DNA from: Eledone cirrhosa
Lineage: Eukaryota
Assembly: GCA_964016885.1 (NCBI GenBank)
Contig: OZ024741.1
Coordinates: forward strand, 73,470,001 to 73,534,000
Length of the DNA stretch: 64,000 nucleotides
Direction of reading: 5' to 3'
Position 1 is the first letter of the stretch. Each line of letters opens with the position of its first letter. Under the pieces are notes generated by a model. The model saw nothing but the letters and a program-made list of their open reading frames with translations, had not been told where the DNA came from and searched no databases. Of the stretch, positions 8,325 through 23,500 are shown piece after piece. The translations under genes were made by a program, and so were the position numbers.

Positions 8325-8514
8325 GAGACAATTCCTCGCCAACTATGGACACATTTACCACTCTTCACGACAATTTCTGGTCAGCTGAAGACATTCCCTC
8401 GCTAACTAGAGACGCTCCAACGTTAATTTGAGACATTCCCTGGCTAACTAGAGACACTACAAGATTTCTTCCCGACACTCCCTTATTAGCTTAAGACACT
8501 GCCCCGCTAAAAAG
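8325..8514. repeat. Degenerate 21-bp monomers forming the edge of the satellite
   Basis: Diverged GACA-starting monomers such as GACAATTCCTCGCCAACTATG, GACAATTTCTGGTCAGCTGAA and GACATTCCCTCGCTAACTAGA grade into the consensus. Confidence 0.75.
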
Positions 8515-11500
8515 GACACTCCAATGTTAGCTGAAGACACTCCCTGGTTAACTAAAGACACTGTCTCGCTAACTAGAGACACTCCAATGTTAGCTGAAAA
8601 CACTCCCTTGTTAGCTTAAGACACTGCCTCCTAACAAGGACACTCCAATGTTAGCTGAAGACACTCCCTGGTTAACTAAAGACACTGCCTCGCTAACTAG
8701 AGACACTCCAATGTTACCTCAAGACACTCCCTGGTTAACTAAAGACACTGCCTCGCTAACTAGAGACACTCCAATGTTAGCTGAAGCCACTCCCTGGTTA
8801 ACTAAAGACACTGTCTCGCTAACTAGAGACACTCCAATGTTAGCTAAAGACTCCCTGGTTAACTAAAGACACTGCGTCGCTAACTAGAGACACTCTAATG
8901 TTAGCTAAAGACTCCCTGGTTAACTAAAGACACTGTCTCGCTAACTAGAGACACTCCAATGTTAGCTGAAGACACTCCCTGGTTAACTAAAGACACTGCC
9001 TCGCTAACTAGAGACACTCCAATGTTAGCTAAAGACACTCCCTGGTTAACTAAAGACACTGCCTCGCTAACTAGAGACACTCCAATGTTAGCTCAAGACA
9101 CACCCTGGTTAACTAAAGACACTGCCTCACTAACTAGAGACACTCCAATGTTAGCTGAAGACACTCCCTGGTTAACTAAAGACACTGCCTCGCTAACTAG
9201 AGACACTCCAATGTTAGCTGAAGGCACTCACTGGTTAACTAAAGACACTGCCTCGCTAACTAGAGACACACCAATGTTAGCTGAAGACACTCACTGGTTA
9301 ACTAAAGACATTGGCTCGCTAAGTAGAGACACTCCAATGTTAGCTGAAGACACTCCAGGGTTAACTAAAGACACTGCCTCGCTAACTAGAGACACTCCAA
9401 TGTTAGCTGAAGACACTCCCTGGTTAACTAAAACACTGTCTCGCTAACTAGAGACACTCCAATGTTAGCTGAAGACACTCCCTGGTTAACTAAAGACACT
9501 GTCTCGCTAACTAGAGACACTCCAATGTTAGCTGAAGACACTCTCTGGTTAACTAAAGACACTGCCTCGCTAACTAGAGACACTCCAATGTTAGCTGAAG
9601 ACACTCCCTGGTTAACTCAAGACACTGTCTCGCTAACTAGAGACACTCCAATGTTAGCTGAAGACACTCCCTGGTTAACTAAAGACACTGCCTCGCTAAC
9701 TAGAGACACTCCAATGTTAGCTGAAGACACTCCCTGGTTAACTAAAGACATTGGCTCGCTAACTAGAGACACTCCAATGTTAGCTGAAGACACTCCAGGG
9801 TTAAATAAAGACACTGCCTCGCTAATTAGAGACACTCCAATGTTAGCTGAAGACACTCCCTGGTTAACTAAAGACACGGTCTCGCTAACTAGAGACACTC
9901 CAATGTTAGCTGAAGACACTCTCTGGTTAACTAAAGACACTGCCTCGCTAACTAGAGACACTCCAATGTTAGCTGAAGACACTCCCTGGTTAACTAAAGA
10001 CACTGTCTCGCTAACTAGAGACACTCCAATGTTAGCTGAAGACACTCCCTGGTTAACTAAAGACACTGCCTCGCTAACTAGAGACACTCCAATGTTAGCT
10101 GAAGACACTCCGTGATTAACTAAAGACACTGTCTCGCTAACTAGAAACACTCCAATGTTAGCTGAAGACACTCCCTGGTTAACTAAAGACACTGTCTCGC
10201 TAACTAGAGACACTCCAATGTTAGCTGAAGACACTCCCTGGTTAACTAAAGACACTGCCTCGCTAAATAGAGACACTCCAATGTTAGCTGAAGACACTGC
10301 CTGGTTAACTAAAGTCACTGCCTCGCTAACTAGAGACACTCCAATGTTAGCTGAAGACACACCCTGGTTAACTAAAGACACTGTCTCGCTAACTAGAGAC
10401 ACTCCAATGTTAGCTGAAGACACACCCTGGTTAACTAAAGACACTGCCTCGCTAACTAGAGACACTCCAATGTTAGGTGAAGACACTCCCTGGTTAACTA
10501 AAGACACTGCCTCGCTAACTAGAGACACTCCAATGTTAGCTCAAGACACTCCCTGGTTAACTAAAGACACTGCCTCGCTAACTAGAGACACTCCAATGTT
10601 AGCTGAAGACACTCCCTGGTTAACTAAAGACACTGCCTCGCTAACTAGAGACACTCCAATATTAGCTGAAGAAACTCCCTGGTTAACTAAAGACACTGCC
10701 TCGCTAACTAGAGACACTCCAATGTTAGCTGAAGACACTCCCTGGTTAACTAAAGACACTGCCTCGCTAACTAGAGACACTCCAATGTTAGCTGAAGACA
10801 CTGCCTGGTTAACTAAAGACACTGCCTCGCTAACTAGAGACACTCCAATGTTAGCTCAAAACACTCCCTGGTTAACTAAAGACACTGCCTCGCTAACTAG
10901 AGACACTCCAATGTTAGCTGAAGACACTCCCTGGTTAACTAAAGACACTGCCTCGCTAACTAGAGAGACTCCAATGTTAGCTGAAAACACTCCCTGGTTA
11001 ACTAAAGACACTGTCTCGCTAACTAGAGACACTGCAATGTTAGCTCAAGACACTCCCTGGTTAACTAAAGACACTGCCTCGCTAACTAGAGGCACTCCAA
11101 TGTTAGCTGAAGACACTCCCTGGTTAACTAAAGACACTGCCTCGCTAACTAAAGACACTCCAATGTTAGCTGAAGACACTGCCTGGTTAACTAAAGTCAT
11201 TGCCTCGCTAATTAGAGACACACCAATGTTAGCTGAAGACACTCCCTGGTGAACTAAAGACACTGCCTCGCTAACTAGAGACACTCCAATGTTAGCTGAA
11301 GACACTGCCTGGTAAACTAAAGACACTGCCTCGCTAACTAGAGACACTACAATGTTAGCTGAAGACACTCCCTGGTTAACTAAAGACACTGCCTCGCTAA
11401 CTAGAGACACTCCAATATTAGCTGAAGACATTCCCTGGTTAAGTAAAGACACTGTCTCGCTAACTAGAGACACTCCAATGTTAGCTGAAGACACTCCGTG

Positions 11501-14500
11501 GTTAACTAAAGACGCTGTCTCGCTAACTAGAGACACTCCAATGTTAGCTGAAGACACTCCCTGGTTAACTAAAGACACTGCCTCGCTAACTAGAGACACT
11601 CCAATGTTAGCTGAAGACACACCCTGGTTAACTAAAGACACTGTCTCGCTAACTAGAGACACTCCAATGTTAGCTGAAGACACTCCCTGGTTAACTAAAG
11701 ACACTGCCTCGCTAAATAGAGACACTCCAATGTTAGCTGAAGACACTCCCTGGTTAACTAAAGACACTGCCTCGCTAACTAGAGTCACTCCAATGTTAGC
11801 TGAAGACACTCCCTGGTTAACTAAAGACACTGCCTCGCTAACTAGAGACACTCCAATGTTAGCTGAAGACATTCCCTGGTTAACTAAAGACACTGCCTCG
11901 CTAACTAGAGTCACTCCAATGTTAGCTGAAGACAATCCCTGGTTAAGTAAAAACACTGCCACGCTAACTAGAGACACTCCAATGTTAGCTGAAGACACTC
12001 TCTGGTTAACTAAAGACACTGCCTCGCTAACTAGAGACACTCCAATGTTAGCTGAAGACACTCCCTGGTTAACTCAAGACACTGTCTCGCTAACTAGAGA
12101 CACTCCAATGTTAGCTGAAGACACTCCCTGGTTAACTAATGACACTGCCTGGCTAACTAGAGACACTCCAATGTTAGCTGAAGACACTCCCTGGTTAACT
12201 AAAGACATTGGCTCGCTAACTAGAGACACTCCAATGTTAGCTGAAGACACTCCCTGGTTAACTAAAGACACTGCCTCGCTAACTAGAGACACTCCAATGT
12301 TAGCTGAAGACACTCCCTGGTTAACTAAAGACACTGCCTCGCTAACTAGAGACACTCCAATGTTAGCTGAAGACACTCCCTGGTTAACTAAAGACACTGT
12401 TTCGCTAACTAGAGACACTCCAATGTTAGGTGAAGACACTCCCTCGTTAATTAAAGACACTGCCTCGCTAACTAGAGACACTCCAATGTTAGCTGAAGAC
12501 ACTCCCTGGTTAACTAAAGACAGTGCCTCGCTAACTAGAGACACTCCAATGTTAGCTGAAGAAACTCCCTGGTTAACTAAAGACACTGCCTCGCTAACTA
12601 GAGACACTCCAATGTTAGCTGAAGACACTCCCTGGTTAACTAAAGACACTGCCTCGCTAACTAGAGACACTCCAATGTTAGCTGAAGACACTCCCTGGTT
12701 AACTAAAGACACGGTCTCGCTAACTAGAGACACTCCAATGTTAGCTGAAGACACTCTCTGGTTAACTAAAGACACTGCCTCGCTAACTAGAGACACTCCA
12801 ATGTTAGCTGAAGACACTCCCTGGTTAACTAAAGACACTGTCTCGCTAACTAGAGACACTCCAATGTTAGCTGAAGACACTCCCTGGTTAACTAAAGACA
12901 CTGCCTCGCTAACTAGAGACACTCCAATGTTAGCTGAAGACATTCCGTGATTAACTAAAGACACTGTCTCGCTAACTAGAGACACTCCAATGTTAGCTGA
13001 AGACACTCCCTGGTTAACTAAAGACACTGCCTCGCTAACTAGAGACACTCCAATGTTAGCTGAAGACACTCCCTGGTTAACTAAAGACACTGCCTCGCTA
13101 ACTAGAGAGACTCCAATGTTAGCTGAAAACACTCCCTGGTTAACTAAAGACACTGCCTCGCTAACTAGAGACACTCCAATGTTAGCTGAAGACACTTCCT
13201 GGTTAACTAAAGACACTGCCTCGCTAACTAGAGACACTCCAATGTTAGCTCAAAACACTCCCTGGTTAACTAAAGACACTGCCTCGCTAACTAGAGACAC
13301 TCCAATGTTAGCTGAAGACACTCCCTGGTTAACTAAAGACACTGCCTCGCTAACTAGAGAGACTCCAATGTTAGCTGAAAACACTCCCTGGTTAACTAAA
13401 GACACTGTCTCGCTAACTAGAGACACTGCAATGTTAGCTCAAGACACTCCCTAGTTAACTAAAGACACTGCCTCGCTAACTAGAGGCACTCCAATGTTAG
13501 CTGAAGAGACTCCCTGGTTAACTAAAGACACTGCCTCGCTAACTAGAGACACTCCAATATTAGCTGAAGACACTCCCTGGTTAACTAAAGACACTGCCTC
13601 GCTAACTAGAGACACTCCAATGTTAGCTCAAAACACTCCCTGGTTAACTAAAGACACTGCCTCGCTAACTAGAGACACTCCAATGTTAGCTGAAGACACT
13701 CCCTGGTTAACTAAAGACACTGCCTCGCTAACTAGAGAGACTCCAATGTTAGCTGAAAACACTCCCTGGTTAACTAAAGACACTGTCTCGCTAACTAGAG
13801 ACACTGCAATGTTAGCTCAAGACACTCCCTGGTTAACTAAAGACACTGCCTCGCTAATTAGAGACACACCAATGTTAGCTGAAGACACTCCCTGGTTAAC
13901 TAAAGACACTGCCTCGCTAACTAGAGACACTCCAATGTTAGCTGAAGACACACCCTGGTTAACTAAAGACACTGTCTCGCTAACTAGAGACACTCCAATG
14001 TTAGCTGAAGACACTCCCTGGTTAACTAAAGACACTGCCTCGCTAAATAGAGACACTCCAATGTTAGCTGAAGACACTCCCTGGTTAACTAAAGACACTG
14101 CCTCGCTAACTAGAGTCACTCCAATGTTAGCTGAAGACACTCCCTGGTTAACTAAAGACACTGCCTCGCTAACTAGAGACACTCCAATGTTAGCTGAAGA
14201 CATTCCCTGGTTAACTAAAGACACTGCCTCGCTAACTAGAGTCACTCCAATGTTAGCTGAAGACACTCCCTGGTTAAGTAAAAACACTGCCACGCTAACT
14301 AGAGAAACTCCAATGTTAGCTGAAGACAATCTCTGGTTAACTAAAGACACTGCCTCGCTAACTAGAGACACTCCAATGTTAGCTGAAGACACTCCCTGGT
14401 TAACTCAAGACACTGTCTCGCTAACTAGAGACACTCCAATGTTAGCTGAAGACACTCCCTGGTTAACTAAAGACACTGCCTCGCTAACTAGAGACACTCC

Positions 14501-17500
14501 AATGTTAGCTGAAGACACTCCCTGGTTAACTAAAGACACTGGCTCGCTAACTAGAGACACTCCAATGTTAGCTGAAGACACTCCCTGGTTAACTAAAGAC
14601 ACTGCCTCGCTAACTAGAGACACTCCAATGTTAGCTGAAGACACTCCCTGGTTAACTAAAGACACTGCCTCGCTAACTAGAGACACTCCAATGTTAGCTG
14701 AAGACACTCCCTGGTTAACTAAAGACACTGTTTCGCTAACTAGAGACACTCCAATGTTAGGTGAAGACACTCCCTCGTTAATTAAAGACACTGCCTCGCT
14801 AACTAGAGACACTCCAATGTTAGCTGAAGACACTCCCTGGTTAACTAAAGACAGTGCCTCGCTAACTAGAGACACTCCAATGTTAGCTGAAGAAACTCCC
14901 TGGTTAACTAAAGACACTGCCTCGCTAACTAGAGACACTCCAATGTTAGCTGAAGACACTCCAGGGTTAAATAAAGACACTGCCTCGCTAATTAGAGACA
15001 CTGCAATGTTAGCTGAAGACACTCCCTGGTTAACTAAAGACACGGTCTCGCTAACTAGAGACACTCCAATGTTAGCTGAAGACACTCTCTGGTTAACTAA
15101 AGACACTGCCTCGCTAACTAGAGACACTCCAATGTTAGCTGAAGACACTCCCTGGTTAACTAAAGACACTGTCTCGCTAACTAGAGACACTCCAATGTTA
15201 GCTGAAGACACTCCCTGGTTAACTAAAGACACTGCCTCGCTAACTAGAGACACTCCAATGTTAGCTGAAGACATTCCGTGATTAACTAAAGACACTGTCT
15301 CGCTAACTAGAGACACTCCAATGTTAGCTGAAGACACTCCCTGGTTAACTAAAGACACTGCCTCGCTAACTAGAGACACTCCAATGTTAGCTGAAGACAC
15401 TCCCTGGTTAACTAAAGACACTGCCTCGCTAACTAGAGAGACTCCAATGTTAGCTGAAAACACTCCCTGGTTAACTAAAGACACTGCCTCGCTAACTAGA
15501 GACACTCCAATGTTAGCTGAAGACACTTCCTGGTTAACTAAAGACACTGCCTCGCTAACTAGAGACACTCCAATGTTAGCTCAAAACACTCCCTGGTTAA
15601 CTAAAGACACTGCCTCGCTAACTAGAGACACTCCAATGTTAGCTGAAGACACTCCCTGGTTAACTAAAGACACTGCCTCGCTAACTAGAGAGACTCCAAT
15701 GTTAGCTGAAAACACTCCCTGGTTAACTAAAGACACTGTCTCGCTAACTAGAGACACTGCAATGTTAGCTCAAGACACTCCCTAGTTAACTAAAGACACT
15801 GCCTCGCTAACTAGAGGCACTCCAATGTTAGCTGAAGAGACTCCCTGGTTAACTAAAGACACTGCCTCGCTAACTAGAGACACTCCAATATTAGCTGAAG
15901 ACACTCCCTGGTTAACTAAAGACACTGCCTCGCTAACTAGAGACACTCCAATGTTAGCTGAAAACACTCCCTGGTTAACTAAAGACACTGCCTCGCTAAC
16001 TAGAGACACTCCAATGTTAGCTGAAGACACTCCCTGGTTAACTAAAGACACTGCCTCGCTAACTAGAGAGACTCCAATGTTAGCTGAAAACACTCCCTGG
16101 TTAACTAAAGACACTGTCTCGCTAACTAGAGACACTGCAATGTTAGCTCAAGACACTCCCTGGTTAACTAAAGACACTGCCTCGCTAATTAGAGACACAC
16201 CAATGTTAGCTGAAGACACTCCCTGGTTAACTAAAGACACTGCCTCGCTAACTAGAGACACTCCAATGTTAGCTGAAGACACACCCTGGTTAACTAAAGA
16301 CACTGTCTCGCTAACTAGAGACACTCCAATGTTAGCTGAAGACACTCCCTGGTTAACTAAAGACACTGCCTCGCTAAATAGAGACACTCCAATGTTAGCT
16401 GAAGACACTCCCTGGTTAACTAAAGACACTGCCTCGCTAACTAGAGTCACTCCAATGTTAGCTGAAGACACACCCTGGTTAACTAAAGACACTGTCTCGC
16501 TAACTAGAGACACTCCAATGTTAGCTGAAGACACTCCCTGGTTAACTAAAGACACTGCCTCGCTAACTAGAGACACTCCAATGTTAGCTGAAGACATTCC
16601 CTGGTTAACTAAAGACACTGCCTCGCTAACTAGAGTCACTCCAATGTTAGCTGAAGACACTCCCTGGTTAAGTAAAAACACTGCCACGCTAACTAGAGAA
16701 ACTCCAATGTTAGCTGAAGACAATCTCTGGTTAACTAAAGACACTGCCTCGCTAACTAGAGACACTCCAATGTTAGCTGAAGACACTCCCTGGTTAACTC
16801 AAGACACTGTCTCGCTAACTAGAGACACTCCAATGTTAGCTGAAGACACTCCCTGGTTAACTAAAGACACTGCCTCGCTAACTAGAGACACTCCAATGTT
16901 AGCTGAAGACACTCCCTGGTTAACTAAAGACACTGGCTCGCTAACTAGAGACACTCCAATGTTAGCTGAAGACACTCCCTGGTTAACTAAAGACACTGCC
17001 TCGCTAACTAGAGACACTCCAATGTTAGCTGAAGACACTCCCTGGTTAACTAAAGACACTGCCTCGCTAACTAGAGACACTCCAATGTTAGCTGAAGACA
17101 CTCCCTGGTTAACTAAAGACACTGTTTCGCTAACTAGAGACACTCCAATGTTAGGTGAAGACACTCCCTCGTTAATTAAAGACACTGCCTCGCTAACTAG
17201 AGACACTCCAATGTTAGCTGAAGACACTCCCTGGTTAACTAAAGACAGTGCCTCGCTAACTAGAGACACTCCAATGTTAGCTGAAGACACTCCCTGGTTA
17301 ACTAAAGACACTGCCTCGCTAACTAGAGACACTCCAATGTTAGCTGAAGACACTCCAGGGTTAAATAAAGACACTGCCTCGCTAATTAGAGACACTCCAA
17401 TGTTAGCTGAAGACATTCCCTGGTTAACTAAAGACACTGCCTCGCTAACTAGAGTCACTCCAATGTTAGCTGAAGACACTCCCTGGTTAAGTAAAAACAC

Positions 17501-20500
17501 TGCCACGCTAACTAGAGAAACTCCAATGTTAGCTGAAGACAATCTCTGGTTAACTAAAGACACTGCCTCGCTAACTAGAGACACTCCAATGTTAGCTGAA
17601 GACACTCCCTGGTTAACTCAAGACACTGTCTCGCTAACTAGAGACACTCCAATGTTAGCTGAAGACACTCCCTGGTTAACTAAAGACACTGCCTCGCTAA
17701 CTAGAGACACTCCAATGTTAGCTGAAGACACTCCCTGGTTAACTAAAGACACTGGCTCGCTAACTAGAGACACTCCAATGTTAGCTGAAGACACTCCCTG
17801 GTTAACTAAAGACACTGCCTCGCTAACTAGAGACACTCCAATGTTAGCTGAAGACACTCCCTGGTTAACTAAAGACACTGCCTCGCTAACTAGAGACACT
17901 CCAATGTTAGCTGAAGACACTCCCTGGTTAACTAAAGACACTGTTTCGCTAACTAGAGACACTCCAATGTTAGGTGAAGACACTCCCTCGTTAATTAAAG
18001 ACACTGCCTCGCTAACTAGAGACACTCCAATGTTAGCTGAAGACACTCCCTGGTTAACTAAAGACAGTGCCTCGCTAACTAGAGACACTCCAATGTTAGC
18101 TGAAGAAACTCCCTGGTTAACTAAAGACACTGCCTCGCTAACTAGAGACACTCCAATGTTAGCTGAAGACACTCCAGGGTTAAATAAAGACACTGCCTCG
18201 CTAATTAGAGACACTCCAATGTTAGCTGAAGACACTCCCTGGTTAACTAAAGACACGGTCTCGCTAACTAGAGACACTCCAATGTTAGCTGAAGACACTC
18301 TCTGGTTAACTAAAGACACTGCCTCGCTAACTAGAGACACTCCAATGTTAGCTGATGACACTCCCTGGTTAACTAAAGACACTGTCTCGCTAACTAGAGA
18401 CACTCCAATGTTAGCTGAAGACACTCCCTGGTTAACTAAAGACACTGCCTCGCTAACTAGAGACACTCCAATGTTAGCTGAAGACATTCCGTGATTAACT
18501 AAAGACACTGTCTCGCTAACTAGAGACACTCCAATGTTAGCTGAAGACACTCCCTGGTTAACTAAAGACACTGCCTCGCTAACTAGAGACACTCCAATGT
18601 TAGCTGAAGACACTCCCTGGTTAACTAAAGACACTGCCTCGCTAACTAGAGAGACTCCAATGTTAGCTGAAAACACTCCCTGGTTAACTAAAGACACTGC
18701 CTCGCTAACTAGAGACACTCCAATGTTAGCTGAAGACACTTCCTGGTTAACTAAAGACACTGCCTCGCTAACTAGAGACACTCCAATGTTAGCTCAAAAC
18801 ACTCCCTGGTTAACTAAAGACACTGCCTCGCTAACTAGAGACACTCCAATGTTAGCTGAAGACACTCCCTGGTTAACTAAAGACACTGCCTCGCTAACTA
18901 GAGAGACTCCAATGTTAGCTGAAAACACTCCCTGGTTAACTAAAGACACTGTCTCGCTAACTAGAGACACTGCAATGTTAGCTCAAGACACTCCCTAGTT
19001 AACTAAAGACACTGCCTCGCTAACTAGAGGCACTCCAATGTTAGCTGAAGAGACTCCCTGGTTAAATAAAGACACTGCCTCGCTAACTAGAGACACTCCA
19101 ATATTAGCTGAAGACACTCCCTGGTTAACTAAAGACACTGCCTCGCTAACTAGAGACACTCCAATGTTAGCTGAAAACACTCCCTGGTTAACTAAAGACA
19201 CTGCCTCGCTAACTAGAGACACTCCAATGTTAGCTGAAGACACTCCCTGGTTAACTAAAGACACTGCCTCGCTAACTAGAGAGACTCCAATGTTAGCTGA
19301 AAACACTCCCTGGTTAACTAAAGACACTGTCTCGCTAACTAGAGACACTGCAATGTTAGCTCAAGACACTCCCTGGTTAACTAAAGACACTGCCTCGCTA
19401 ATTAGAGACACACCAATGTTAGCTGAAGACACTCCCTGGTTAACTAAAGACACTGCCTCGCTAACTAGAGACACTCCAATGTTAGCTGAAGACACACCCT
19501 GGTTAACTAAAGACACTGTCTCGCTAACTAGAGACACTCCAATGTTAGCTGAAGACACTCCCTGGTTAACTAAAGACACTGCCTCGCTAAATAGAGACAC
19601 TCCAATGTTAGCTGAAGACACTCCCTGGTTAACTAAAGACACTGCCTCGCTAACTAGAGTCACTCCAATGTTAGCTGAAGACACACCCTGGTTAACTAAA
19701 GACACTGTCTCGCTAACTAGAGACACTCCAATGTTAGCTGAAGACACTCCCTGGTTAACTAAAGACACTGCCTCGCTAACTAGAGACACTCCAATGTTAG
19801 CTGAAGACATTCCCTGGTTAACTAAAGACACTGCCTCGCTAACTAGAGTCACTCCAATGTTAGCTGAAGACACTCCCTGGTTAAGTAAAAACACTGCCAC
19901 GCTAACTAGAGAAACTCCAATGTTAGCTGAAGACAATCTCTGGTTAACTAAAGACACTGCCTCGCTAACTAGAGACACTCCAATGTTAGCTGAAGACACT
20001 CCCTGGTTAACTCAAGACACTGTCTCGCTAACTAGAGACACTCCAATGTTAGCTGAAGACACTCCCTGGTTAACTAAAGACACTGCCTCGCTAACTAGAG
20101 ACACTCCAATGTTAGCTGAAGACACTCCCTGGTTAACTAAAGACACTGGCTCGCTAACTAGAGACACTCCAATGTTAGCTGAAGACACTCCCTGGTTAAC
20201 TAAAGACACTGCCTCGCTAACTAGAGACACTCCAATGTTAGCTGAAGACACTCCCTGGTTAACTAAAGACACTGCCTCGCTAACTAGAGACACTCCAATG
20301 TTAGCTGAAGACACTCCCTGGTTAACTAAAGACACTGTTTCGCTAACTAGAGACACTCCAATGTTAGGTGAAGACACTCCCTCGTTAATTAAAGACACTG
20401 CCTCGCTAACTAGAGACACTCCAATGTTAGCTGAAGACACTCCCTGGTTAACTAAAGACAGTGCCTCGCTAACTAGAGACACTCCAATGTTAGCTGAAGA

Positions 20501-23500
20501 CACTCCCTGGTTAACTAAAGACACTGCCTCGCTAACTAGAGACACTCCAATGTTAGCTGAAGACACTCCAGGGTTAAATAAAGACACTGCCTCGCTAATT
20601 AGAGACACTCCAATGTTAGCTGAAGACACTCCCTGGTTAACTAAAGACACGGTCTCGCTAACTAGAGACACTCCAATGTTAGCTGAAGACACTCTCTGGT
20701 TAACTAAAGACACTGCCTCGCTAACTAGAGACACTCCAATGTTAGCTGAAGACACTCCCTGGTTAACTAAAGACACTGTCTCGCTAACTAGAGACACTCC
20801 AATGTTAGCTGAAGACACTCCCTGGTTAACTAAAGACACTGCCTCGCTAACTAGAGACACTCCAATGTTAGCTGAAGACATTCCGTGATTAACTAAAGAC
20901 ACTGTCTCGCTAACTAGAGACACTCCAATGTTAGCTGAAGACACTCCCTGGTTAACTAAAGACACTGCCTCGCTAACTAGAGACACTCCAATGTTAGCTG
21001 AAGACGCTCCCTGGTTAACTAAAGACACTGCCTCGCTAACAAGAGACACTCCAATGATAGCTGAAGACACACCCTGGTTAACTAAAGACACTGCCTCGCT
21101 AACTAGAGACACTCCAATGTTAGGTGAAGACACTCCCTGGTTAACTAAAGACACTGCCTCGCTAACTAGAGACACTCCAATGTTAGCTCAAGACACTCCC
21201 TGGTTAACTAAAGACACTGCCTCGCTAACTAGAGATACTCCAATGTTAGCTGAAGACACTCCCTGGTTAACTAAAGACACTGCCTCGCTAACTAGAGACA
21301 CTCCAATATTAGCTGAAGAAACTCCCTGGTTAACTAAAGACACTGCCTCGCTAACTAGAGACACTCCAATGTTAGCTGAAGACAATCCCTGGTTAACTAA
21401 AGACACTGCATCGCTAACTAGAGACACTCCAATGTTAGCTGAAGACACTGCCTGGTTAACTAAAGACACTGCCTCGCTAACTAGAGACACTCCAATGTTA
21501 GCTCAAAACACTCCCTGGTTAACTAAAGACACTGCCTCGCTAACTAGAGACACTCCAATGTTAGCTGAAGACACTCCCTGGTTAACTAAAGACACTGCCT
21601 CGCTAACTAGAGAGACTCCAATGTTAGCTGAAGACACTGCCTGGTTAACTAAAGACACTGCCTCGCTAACTAGAGTCACTCCAATGTTAGCTGAAGACAC
21701 TCCCTAGTGAACTAAAGACACTGCCTCGCTAACTAGAGACACTCCAATGTTAGCTGAAGACACTGCCTGGTTAACTAAAGACACTGCCTCGCTAACTAGA
21801 GACACTCCAATGTTAGCTAAAGACACTCCAGGGTTAAATAAAGACACTGGCTCGCTAATTAGAGACACTCCAATGTTAGCTGAAGACACTCCCTGGTTAA
21901 CTAAAGACACGGTCTCGCTAACTAGAGACACTCCAATGTTAGCTGAAGACACTCTCTGGTTAACTAAAGACACTGCCTCGCTAACTAGAGACACTCCAAT
22001 GTTAGCTGAAGACACTCCCTGGTTAACTAAAGACACTGTCTCGCTAACTAGAGACACTCCAATGTTAGCTGAAGACACTCCCTGGTTAACTAAAGACACT
22101 GCCTCGCTAACTAGAGACACTCCAATGTTAGCTGAAGACATTCCGTGATTAACTAAAGACACTGTCTCGCTAACTAGAGACACTCCAATGTTAGCTGAAG
22201 ACACTCCCTGGTTAACTAAAGACACTGCCTCGCTAACTAGAGACACTCCAATGTTAGCTGAAGACACTCCCTGGTTAACTAAAGACACTGCCTCGCTAAC
22301 TAGAGACACTCCAATGATAGCTGAAGACACTCCCTGGTTAACTAAAGACACTGTCTCGCTAACTAGAGACACTCCAATGTTAGGTGAAGACACTCCCTGG
22401 TTAACTAAAGACACTGCCTCGCTAACTAGAGTCACTCCAATGTTAGCTCAAGACACTCCCTGGTTAACTAAAGACACTGCCTCGCTAACTAGAGACACTC
22501 CAATGTTAGCTGAAGACACTCCCTGGTTAACTAAAGACACTGCCTCGCTAACTAGAGACACTCCAATATTAGCTGAAGAAACTCCCTGGTTAACTAAAGA
22601 CACTGCCTCGCTAACTAGAGACACTCCAATGTTAGCTGAAGACACTCCCTGGTTAACTAAAGACACTGCCTCGCTAACTAGAGACACTCCAATGTTAGCT
22701 GAAGACACTTCCTGGTTAACTAAAGACACTGCCTCGCTAACTAGAGACACTCCAATGTTAGCTCAAAACACTCCCTGGTTAACTAAAGACACTGCCTCGC
22801 TAACTAGAGACACTCAAATGTTAGCTGAAGACACTCCCTGGTTAACTAAAGACACTGCCTCGCTAACTAGAGAGACACCAATGTTAGCTGAAAACACTCC
22901 CTGGTTAACTAAAGACACTGTCTCGCTAACTAGAGACACTGCAATGTTAGCTCAAGACACTCCCTAGTTAACTAAAGACACTGCCTCGCTAACTAGAGGC
23001 ACTCCAATGTTAGCTGAAGAGACTCCCTGCTTAACTAAAGACACTGCCTCGCTAACTAGAGACACTCCAATATTAGCTGAAGACACTCCCTGGTTAACTA
23101 AAGACACTGCCTCGCTAACTAGAGACACTCCAATGTTAGCTCAAAACACTCCCTGGTTAACTAAAGACACTGCCTCGCTAACTAGAGACACTCCAATGTT
23201 AGCTGAAGACACTCCCTGGTTAACTAAAGACACTGCCTCGCTAACTAGAGAGACTCCAATGTTAGCTGAAAACACTCCCTGGTTAACTAAAGACACTGTC
23301 TCGCTAACTAGAGACACTGCAATGTTAGCTCAAGACACTCCCTGGTTAACTAAAGACACTGCCTCGCTAACTAGAGGCACTCCAATGTTAGCTGAAGACA
23401 CTTCCTGGTTAACTAAAGACACTGCCTCGCTAACTAAAGACACTCCAATGTTAGCTGAAGACACTGCCTGGTTAACTAAAGTCACTGCCTCGCTAATTAG

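Noticed and set aside
7636-8388. ORFs with apparent signal peptides (poly-Leu starts)
   Set aside because: The Leu runs come from (TTG)n repeats, and the remainder runs through SINE and MITE sequence.
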